Notes under the pieces: generated by a model
What the model was told of the DNA's origin: nothing
Databases searched by the model: none
What the model saw: only the letters and a program-made list of their open reading frames with translations
Origin: Xanthomonas campestris pv. campestris str. ATCC 33913
Lineage (GTDB): Bacteria; Pseudomonadota; Gammaproteobacteria; Xanthomonadales; Xanthomonadaceae
DNA: 32,000 nucleotides
Assembly (NCBI RefSeq): GCF_000007145.1
Contig: NC_003902.1
Location: forward strand, 4,526,497 to 4,558,496
Reading direction: 5' to 3'
Translations under genes and position numbers: made by a program
Shown: positions 24,981 to 32,000 of the stretch, piece after piece
Layout: every line of letters starts with the position of its first letter
Numbering within the stretch: position 1 is the stretch's first letter

Positions 24981-25964
24981 TTAGAGAGCGGCGGACGGTG
25001 CGGCAGATGCTGTGCCGGCCGCCTGTGTGGCCTCTGCTGACGGTGCGGCGGCCCCCGGTGCGTCCGCTGGCATCGCCGGTGCTGTAGGTGCTGCAGGCGC
25101 TGTCGGCGTTGCAGCGGGTGCTGCGGCCGGCACGCCTGCCGCGCTACGACGCGATGCGAGCCAACGTTGGAATTCCGCCTTGGGCAGCGCTTCGACCACG
25201 ATCGGCATGAAGCCATGGTCCTTGCCGCACAACTCGGCGCATTGCCCGCGATAGACGCCGGGCTTTTCGATATTGGTCCAGGCTTCGTTGACGATTCCCG
25301 GAATGGCGTCCTGCTTCCAGCCCAGCGCCGGCACCCACCAGGCGTGAATCACGTCATCGGCGGTGATCACGAAGCGGATCTTGGTATCGACCGGCAACAC
25401 CAGCCTGTTGTCTACATCCAGCAGATAGTGCGGCTGCGACGCGGCGGTAGGGCGCTCGCCACTTTGGCGGATCCGATCGGATTCACGCGCAAGACGGCTG
25501 GTGAACTCGACGCCCTGCCCCAGGTATTCGTACTTCCACATCCACTGATAACCGGTGACCTTGACGGTCATTTCCGACTCGCGGGTGTCGTACATCGCAA
25601 TCAGTTTGGCGGTCGCCGGCCATGCCATGGCGATCAGCACCAGCACCGGAATCACCGTCCACAGCACCTCTGCCTTGGTGTTGTGACTGAATTGCGCGGC
25701 CACCGCGCCCTTGGATTTGCGGAACTTGAAGATCGCATAGCCCATCGCGCCGAACACCAACGCGCCGATGACCACGCACACCCACAACGCCACCATGTGG
25801 GCTTCATAGGCCATGCGCGCGGTCTGGGTGACCCCACGGCCCATGTTGAGCTGCCATTCCTTGGGATCGGCTGATTGCGCCCAGGCAGACGGCGCACCTG
25901 CAAGCGCCAACACGGCCGAGCCACATTTCATGTAAGTCGCGTTCCAGCTGCTGCGTTGCGTCAT
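24981..25964 (-). CDS. coxB: Cytochrome c oxidase subunit II (CuA), with an Ala/Pro-rich C-terminal tail
   Basis: Signal peptide, two TM helices and the CuA site (..DVIHAWWVPALG..CAELCGKDHGFMP..). ATG 25964 is preceded by AAGGG. ATG 25931 is an alternative start. Confidence 0.93.
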   Translation of the reverse strand: MTQRSSWNATYMKCGSAVLALAGAPSAWAQSADPKEWQLNMGRGVTQTARMAYEAHMVALWVCVVIGALVFGAMGYAIFKFRKSKGAVAAQFSHNTKAEVLWTVIPVLVLIAMAWPATAKLIAMYDTRESEMTVKVTGYQWMWKYEYLGQGVEFTSRLARESDRIRQSGERPTAASQPHYLLDVDNRLVLPVDTKIRFVITADDVIHAWWVPALGWKQDAIPGIVNEAWTNIEKPGVYRGQCAELCGKDHGFMPIVVEALPKAEFQRWLASRRSAAGVPAAAPAATPTAPAAPTAPAMPADAPGAAAPSAEATQAAGTASAAPSAAL

Positions 25965-25980
25965 TGCCTAGACCCTTACG

Positions 25981-26457
25981 TCATCGGTGACGGCCATTGG
26001 CGGCCGCGAGCAAGCGTTTCAGCGTATCTGCCAGTTCCACACGTTCGGCCGGCCCGAGAAAGCTCCCGATCTCGATCTGCCTGCCGCTGCTCACCAGCAA
26101 CACCCTGTCGTCGCGTTCCGTGCGCAACCGCACCCAGTGCGGATGTGCCTGAAACGCTGGTGGCGCATGCCCGGAAGGAAACACTTCAACTACTGCTTCC
26201 CCCACCCGGATCGCTTCTACACGCTCGCCGCTTCGCCACAACTGCCGCAGCGCCAGCGCCACCACACCACTGTGCAACAGGGCGAACACCGGCGCGAACG
26301 CATTGCCGGTCCACCACCCCAGGCCTGCAAACAACCACATCGTTCCCGCCAACACCGCAAACAACTGCATGAATTGCCTGGCACTCATTGCCCGCGGAGG
26401 CCGTAACCGCACCTGCGTCCCAACCCCTTCGGACATCAACGGCAGTACTTCGATCAT
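25981..26457 (-). CDS. DUF2244-family membrane protein associated with the cytochrome oxidase operon
   Basis: Two adjacent TM helices followed by a soluble C-terminal domain. It lies directly upstream of coxB with a 17-nt gap. The start is uncertain (26457, 26436 or further downstream). Confidence 0.7.
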   Translation of the reverse strand: MIEVLPLMSEGVGTQVRLRPPRAMSARQFMQLFAVLAGTMWLFAGLGWWTGNAFAPVFALLHSGVVALALRQLWRSGERVEAIRVGEAVVEVFPSGHAPPAFQAHPHWVRLRTERDDRVLLVSSGRQIEIGSFLGPAERVELADTLKRLLAAANGRHR

Positions 26458-26735
26458 GGCAACACGCAGCGGACTGCGGGAATGTCCCGATGGTAGTCCC
26501 GGGCGAACGCATGCGGCAAGCGTTTCGCGCGAATCAGCAATGCTGCACTGCAGCTAAAAACTGTGCGAAAAATCAATCACTTCCCGCCGGCTGGGGTTTT
26601 ATCGCGGCGCGCGCGTGGGTCATCACGGCGTTGCGCGACGGCATGCACAAAACGGCAGAAAAGCTGCCGCTTCCACACAAGTGCACAGCCGGGCGGGCTC
26701 TCTAGAATGAGCGCGGATTCCCAGGCACCCTACGT

Positions 26736-29700
26736 ATGAACGCCCAGCCAGACACGTTTGCTTCTTCCCACCTCGCGCGCCCGCTGTTGGCGCCCGAACT
26801 GCCCGCCGCGCCCGGCGCCTTGCGTGCCGCCATCACCGCTGCCTGGCTCAAGGACGAAACCGAGCACGTCCGTGAATTGCTGGAGCAGGCGCGCCTGCCG
26901 GCCGCAGAGCAGGCCAAGGTGCAGGCGCTGGCCGCCGACCTGGTCACCCGGGTGCGCGCACGTGCCCAGGATCAGGGCGCGATCGAAGCCTTCATGCGCC
27001 AATACGATCTGGGCAGCGAAGAAGGCGTGCTGCTGATGTGCGTGGCCGAAGCCTTGCTGCGCATTCCCGACCAGGACACCGCCGACAAGCTGATCCGCGA
27101 CAAGCTGGGCGAGGCGGACTGGAAAAAGCACGTGGGTGGCAGTGATTCGGTGCTGGTCAACGCATCCACCTGGGGCTTGATGCTCACCGGCAAGCTGGTG
27201 CAGCTCAACGACCTTACCCGCGCCGATGTGCCGGGCGCCTTCAAACGGCTGATCGGCCGCGTCGGCGAGCCGGTGATCCGTTTGGCCGTGCGCCAGGCGA
27301 TGAAGATCATGGGCCACCAGTTCGTCATGGGCCGCACCATCGGCGAGGCGCTGGCGCGTTCGCGCAAGGGTGACAACGCCAATTACCGCTATTCGTTCGA
27401 CATGCTCGGCGAAGGCGCGCTCACCATGAAGGATGCGCAGCGCTATCTGCAGGCGTATCGCGATGCCATCCACGCGATTGGCCGCAGTGGTAGTTTCGTG
27501 GGCACAGACGTGTTCGCCGCGCCCAGCATTTCGATCAAGTTGTCCGCGCTGTATCCGCGCTACGAACACGCCAAGCGCGCACGCGTGATGGCCGAGCTGG
27601 TTCCCGGCGTGCTGGAGCTGGCACAACTGGCCAAGTCCTACGGCATCGGCTACACCGTCGATGCCGAAGAGGCCGACCGCCTGGAGCTGTCGCTGGACAT
27701 CATCGAAGCCACGTTCTCCGATCCATCGCTGGATGGTTGGGAGGGCTACGGGCTCGCAGTGCAGGCGTATCAGAAGCGCACGCCCTACACGATCGATTTC
27801 CTTGCCGATCTGGCGCGTCGCGTTGGCCGCCGCATTCCGGTGCGTCTGGTCAAGGGCGCGTATTGGGACGCTGAGATCAAGCGTGCGCAGATCGACGGCC
27901 ACCCCGGGTATCCGGTGTTTACCCGCAAGCAGAACACCGACGTGTCCTATCTGGCCTGCGCACGCCGCATGTTCGCGCACAGCGACGCGCTGTACCCGAT
28001 GTTCGCCACCCACAACGCACAGACCATCGCTGCGGTGCGCGCGATCTCGGCAGGAAAGACCTACGAGCACCAGAAACTGCACGGCATGGGCGATGACCTG
28101 TATGCCGAGGTGATTCCGGCCGATCGGCTGGGATTGCCGTGCCGGGTGTATGCGCCGGTCGGCTCGCACGAAGACCTGTTGCCGTACCTGGTCCGTCGCT
28201 TACTGGAAAACGGCGCCAACTCCAGCTTCGTCAATCGCATCACCGACGAAGACGTCGCCATCGAAGACCTGATCCGCGATCCGGTCGAGGCGGTGTCCTC
28301 GTTTGCGTCCATCCCGCACCCCAAGATCCCGCTGCCGGCCGACCTGCTGCGCAGCCAGAACCAGAACAGGAAGAATTCCATGGGCGCCAACCTCGCCAAC
28401 GATAACGATCTGCGGCAGCTGGCCGACCAACTCACCGCCGCAATCAAGCCGTGGAAGGCCGCGCCGCTGGTGCCGGGTGCCGTGATCACCACGCCAAGCG
28501 AGGCCGTGTTCAACCCGGCCGACCGCCGCGAGACAGTCGGTCACTGGCAGCCCGCGGACCCAGCCACCGTGCAGAAGGCATTGGCGTCTGCCGCCGCCGC
28601 TCAGCCAGCCTGGAATCGCACGCCCGCCGCCAGCCGCGCCACCATCCTCGAACACGCCGCAGACCTGCTCGAGGCCCGCATGCCGGAGTTCATGGCGATC
28701 TGCGTCAAGGAAGCAGGCAAGACCCTGCCGGACGCCGTGGCCGAGGTACGCGAAGCCGTGGACTTCCTGCGCTATTACGCTGCCCAGGCGCGTGCGCAGT
28801 TTGGTGCGCCTGAGCGCCTGCCGGGCCCCACCGGCGAATCCAACGAGCTGCAACTGCATGGCCGCGGCGTGTTCGTCTGCATCAGCCCCTGGAACTTCCC
28901 GCTGGCGATCTTCCTGGGCCAAGTGGCTGCGGCGCTGGCGGCAGGCAATACCGTCATCGCCAAGCCGGCCGAGCAGACCAACCTGGTGGGCTTTGCGGCG
29001 GTCAAACTGTTGCATGAAGCCGGCGTGCCGGAAGCCGCTGTGCAGTTCCTGCCCGGCGATGGCGCCACGGTCGGCGCCGCGTTGACCAACGACCCCCGCG
29101 TTGCCGGCGTCGCCTTCACCGGCTCCACCGATACCGCCCGCATCATCAATCGCACGCTCGCCGCGCGTGACGCCGCGATTGGCGTACTGATCGCCGAGAC
29201 CGGCGGCCAGAATGCCTTCATCGCCGATTCGTCCTCGCTCCCGGAAGCCGTAGTCAAGGACGCCATCTCCAGCGCCTTCATCTCTGCTGGTCAGCGCTGC
29301 TCGGCCGCCCGCGTGCTGTTCGTACAGGACGACATCGCCGACAAGGTCATGACCATGCTCGCCGGCGCGATGGGCGAGCTGAAAATCGGCGACCCGGCCC
29401 TGCTCTCCACCGACGTTGGTCCCGTAATCGACGCCGATGCCCTGAAGATCCTGGAAGAACACGCGAGCCGCATGGACAGCGAAGCACGCCTGATCGGCAC
29501 GACCACGCTGGACAGCGCCACGGCACATGGCAGCTTCTTTGCTCCACGTGCCTACGAATTGAAGTCCCTGGCGCAGCTGCAGCGTGAGATTTTCGGCCCC
29601 GTGCTGCACATCATTCGCTGGAAAGCCGACCAGCTGGATTCGGTCATCGATCAGATCAACGCCACCGGCTATGGCCTCACCCTGGGCGTGCATTCGCGGA

Positions 29701-29936
29701 TCGATGAGACCATCGATCGCATCACCTCGCGCGTGGCCGTAGGCAATGTCTACGTCAATCGCAACCAGATCGGCGCTGTGGTCGGCGTGCAGCCGTTCGG
29801 TGGCCAGGGATTGTCAGGCACCGGCCCGAAGGCCGGCGGTCCTCACTACCTGCTGCGCTTTGCCACCGAAAAGGTCGTCACCGTGAACACCACCGCAGCC
29901 GGCGGCAATGCTTCGCTGCTGACCTTGGGTGACTGA
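26736..29936 (+). CDS. putA: Bifunctional proline dehydrogenase / L-glutamate gamma-semialdehyde dehydrogenase
   Basis: 1066 aa with a PRODH barrel (..YRYSFDMLGE..VKGAYWD..) and an ALDH domain (..FTGST.., ..ETGGQNA.., ..GQRCSA..). No N-terminal ribbon-helix-helix domain is evident. Confidence 0.97.
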   Translation: MNAQPDTFASSHLARPLLAPELPAAPGALRAAITAAWLKDETEHVRELLEQARLPAAEQAKVQALAADLVTRVRARAQDQGAIEAFMRQYDLGSEEGVLLMCVAEALLRIPDQDTADKLIRDKLGEADWKKHVGGSDSVLVNASTWGLMLTGKLVQLNDLTRADVPGAFKRLIGRVGEPVIRLAVRQAMKIMGHQFVMGRTIGEALARSRKGDNANYRYSFDMLGEGALTMKDAQRYLQAYRDAIHAIGRSGSFVGTDVFAAPSISIKLSALYPRYEHAKRARVMAELVPGVLELAQLAKSYGIGYTVDAEEADRLELSLDIIEATFSDPSLDGWEGYGLAVQAYQKRTPYTIDFLADLARRVGRRIPVRLVKGAYWDAEIKRAQIDGHPGYPVFTRKQNTDVSYLACARRMFAHSDALYPMFATHNAQTIAAVRAISAGKTYEHQKLHGMGDDLYAEVIPADRLGLPCRVYAPVGSHEDLLPYLVRRLLENGANSSFVNRITDEDVAIEDLIRDPVEAVSSFASIPHPKIPLPADLLRSQNQNRKNSMGANLANDNDLRQLADQLTAAIKPWKAAPLVPGAVITTPSEAVFNPADRRETVGHWQPADPATVQKALASAAAAQPAWNRTPAASRATILEHAADLLEARMPEFMAICVKEAGKTLPDAVAEVREAVDFLRYYAAQARAQFGAPERLPGPTGESNELQLHGRGVFVCISPWNFPLAIFLGQVAAALAAGNTVIAKPAEQTNLVGFAAVKLLHEAGVPEAAVQFLPGDGATVGAALTNDPRVAGVAFTGSTDTARIINRTLAARDAAIGVLIAETGGQNAFIADSSSLPEAVVKDAISSAFISAGQRCSAARVLFVQDDIADKVMTMLAGAMGELKIGDPALLSTDVGPVIDADALKILEEHASRMDSEARLIGTTTLDSATAHGSFFAPRAYELKSLAQLQREIFGPVLHIIRWKADQLDSVIDQINATGYGLTLGVHSRIDETIDRITSRVAVGNVYVNRNQIGAVVGVQPFGGQGLSGTGPKAGGPHYLLRFATEKVVTVNTTAAGGNASLLTLGD

Positions 29937-30153
29937 GGCCGGTAGTGCCGCATCTTGGTAGCTAGCTCTGCGATTAGTCCGTGGGCGTGGCAAGGCAACG
30001 CTCCCGAACGATCCTTGCAGGAACCTAGATGTAAAGAAGTACGAGTTCCATGACATCCGTAACTACTGGGAAAGCCCCAATTGTTATCGCATCACTAGAG
30101 CGCAGAAAGTTCGACTGCAGATTTACGCTCGTTGAATTGAGCGCTTGAAACAA

Positions 30154-30179
30154 GAAAACCCCGCAGAAGCGGGGTTTTC
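30154..30179. terminator. Bidirectional intrinsic terminator hairpin
   Basis: GAAAACCCCGC (30154-30164) pairs with GCGGGGTTTTC (30169-30179) around an AGAA loop. It is followed by TTTTCTTTT on the plus strand and preceded by an A-rich run, which gives TTTTCTTGTTTC on the minus strand. Confidence 0.75.
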
Positions 30180-30554
30180 TTTTGGCGCAACGGATAGGCT
30201 CCGCCGAGCGCGAAACGGCCGTGGACCTATGCGCAACCGATGCCTGAGCACATGATTCAAAATTTAATGTGGCTCAGCAGTGCACCAGACACCGCGATGC
30301 AACGCAATTGGCTACCTACCCGCGGGATCTAAGCAGCTTCCGGGACAGCACTGCATCTAGCGAATCTGCGCCGTACCAAGTAGCCAAGTAGCGTCACTTT
30401 TTGCTAACTCAACCATCTAGACCACTGGCTATCGCATAGGCCGAGCGCGCATTCGGGTGACTACATCCACCTAGGCCAGCGCCTCGCTGATCGCCAGTAC
30501 TGATGCTGGATAACGACTTCATTGGTGGCTAGTAATACGACAACACTTCAATAG

Positions 30555-30586
30555 GGCTTGTAGGCTTGTAGGCTTGTAGGCTTGTC
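30555..30586. repeat. Tandem 8-mer repeat (GGCTTGTA x3 plus GGCTTGTC)
   Basis: Four head-to-tail units read directly at 30555-62, 30563-70, 30571-78 and 30579-86. Confidence 0.9.
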
Positions 30587-31133
30587 GGCAGTGGTGCTGG
30601 ACGACTGACCAGCAAGTGGACGCGCCGACTAAACTTACAAACGGTGTCGTCTTTGAACACTTACATGAGCCCCAACCTACTACGGGTGTATCGCCTCGCG
30701 CTGGCCTGAGCCTTTGCTCCACCGCTTACGACATCGCTCTTTAAGAAAGGCTAGAGGCTACCTCATAGCTATACGTTCCACGGCTCTTCCTTGAGGCAAC
30801 GCAACAGAAGAGAGTCATATCAGGAATGTGCTCAGACATCGCATGTGACTAGCGGCATGTCAGTAAATGCCTATTACCCCGTGCCGAAGAGGCCAATGTT
30901 TTACGCATAGTGCCTACGCATAACGCCGGGCTGATCAGCTAAGCGGACTAAGAAACGGTCGATCCACGCGGCCTCACCACATGCATTCTGTCGCTGGACG
31001 CTGCGCACCAATACCAAGACCAACACCTAAAGCAAACGTGTCCAAGCCGAGTCAGCATTAAAGCGCTAGGACCGAGCGCGTCCAGCTGCGGTCATCTTCT
31101 CGCCCATGGATATGTCTTTGGTCAAATTGCAGG

Positions 31134-31170
31134 CAAAAAGAAACCCTCAGTCCTGTTGGACTGAGGGTTT
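31134..31170 (-). terminator. rrn operon intrinsic terminator
   Basis: A 13-bp perfect stem, AAACCCTCAGTCC (31141-53) with GGACTGAGGGTTT (31158-70), around a 4-nt loop. On the minus strand it is followed by CTTTTTGCC. It lies 9 nt downstream of the 5S 3' end. Confidence 0.8.
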
Positions 31171-31178
31171 CGGGTAAA

Positions 31179-31297
31179 GCCCCTGGCGATGACCTACTCT
31201 CGCATGGCTTGAGCCACACTACCATCGGCGCAGCTGCGTTTCACTTCCGAGTTCGGGATGGGATCGGGTGGTTCCACAGCGCTAATTTCACCAGGGA
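31179..31297 (-). rRNA. rrf: 5S ribosomal RNA
   Basis: The reverse complement reads TCCCTGGTGAAATTAGCGCTGTGGAACCACCCGATCCCATCCCGAACTCGGAAGTGAAACGC..CGCCGATGGTAGTGTGG..CATGCGAGAGTAGGTCATCGCCAGGGGC. It is collinear with E. coli 5S. Ends are accurate to about 2 nt. Confidence 0.95.
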
Positions 31298-31422
31298 GAC
31301 GGTTGGAGCGTCGCCATCCAAGAAACGGATTAAGGCGCCCAGTCTCGCATAGTTAACTTGTGACGTAGCTTGCGTTTGGGGATCTACCAACGTTCGTTGG
31401 GACCAAGGCAACTTGAGGTTAT

Positions 31423-32000
<578 letters not shown>

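Noticed and set aside
23235-25040. 601-aa plus-strand ORF antisense to coxA/coxB. The same applies to 26730..28169 and 28200..29693 (minus strand, antisense to putA) and 21627..22577 (plus strand, antisense to coxC).
   Set aside because: They lie opposite unmistakable oxidase and PutA coding sequence. Their His/Arg/Asp/Gln-rich composition shows no membrane or enzyme motifs.
26541-26670. Palindrome GCTGCACTGCAGC (26541-53) and hairpin CGGCAG-AAAAG-CTGCCG (about 26653-26669) in the divergent cox/putA promoter region
   Set aside because: The stems are short (6 bp) and I cannot tie them to a known operator consensus. They could be regulatory, but the evidence is too thin to call.
30095-30125. 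tRNA-like T-arm signal (GTTCGAC) downstream of putA
   Set aside because: Only a 4-bp GCAG/CTGC stem with a 9-nt loop can form. No acceptor, D or anticodon arms can be built around it.
30252-30332. 26-codon mini-ORF (MIQNLMWLSSAPDTAMQRNWLPTRGI) in the GC-poor stretch
   Set aside because: It has no Shine-Dalgarno and its start codon is buried in the stem of the 30244-30277 hairpin. Nothing distinguishes it from chance. It would need ribosome profiling to revisit.
30519-30722. 67-aa minus-strand ORF, the only ORF of 60 aa or more lying wholly inside the GC-poor stretch
   Set aside because: It spans the 8-mer tandem array (period not divisible by 3) and has no SD. Its Cys/Ser/Thr-rich sequence looks arbitrary, and its GC3 is not elevated as in real genes here.

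Overview
High-GC (about 65%) chromosomal core region that looks Xanthomonas-like; the taxon is inferred from gene content and protein sequences. Nearly all of it is housekeeping.

Gene order, left to right:
- The 3' end of a dipeptide-epimerase gene, an L,D-transpeptidase-fold gene and an APC permease, apparently one operon.
- Three small membrane or stress-type genes.
- A PQQ-dependent sugar dehydrogenase.
- A GH3 beta-glucosidase (minus strand).
- folB and tsaD (minus strand), divergent from rpsU-yqeY.
- A yihY-like gene, then dnaG with a translationally coupled phosphatase-like gene.
- A bile-acid/Na+ symporter-family gene and a thioredoxin-domain lipoprotein.
- A complete aa3-type cytochrome c oxidase structural and biogenesis cluster on the minus strand: DUF2244, coxB, coxA, small assembly gene, ctaG, coxC, SURF1, SCO-like gene, ctaA, ctaB.
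- putA.
- The distal end of an rRNA operon on the minus strand: 5S plus the 3' part of 23S.

I see no defence system, mobile element, CRISPR array or new multi-gene system.

What the gene models do not explain:
1. A roughly 1.2 kb ORF-free, GC-depleted stretch between putA and the rrn terminator. It is bracketed by two strong terminator hairpins and contains short tandem repeats and a recurring motif.
2. Two copies of a palindromic element built from tandem GGGAATC-type heptamers. One supplies the last 10 codons of tsaD and abuts the folB start codon.
3. A roughly 790 bp ORF-free gap that splits rpsU-yqeY from yihY-dnaG.

The many long antisense ORFs in the track are high-GC artefacts.
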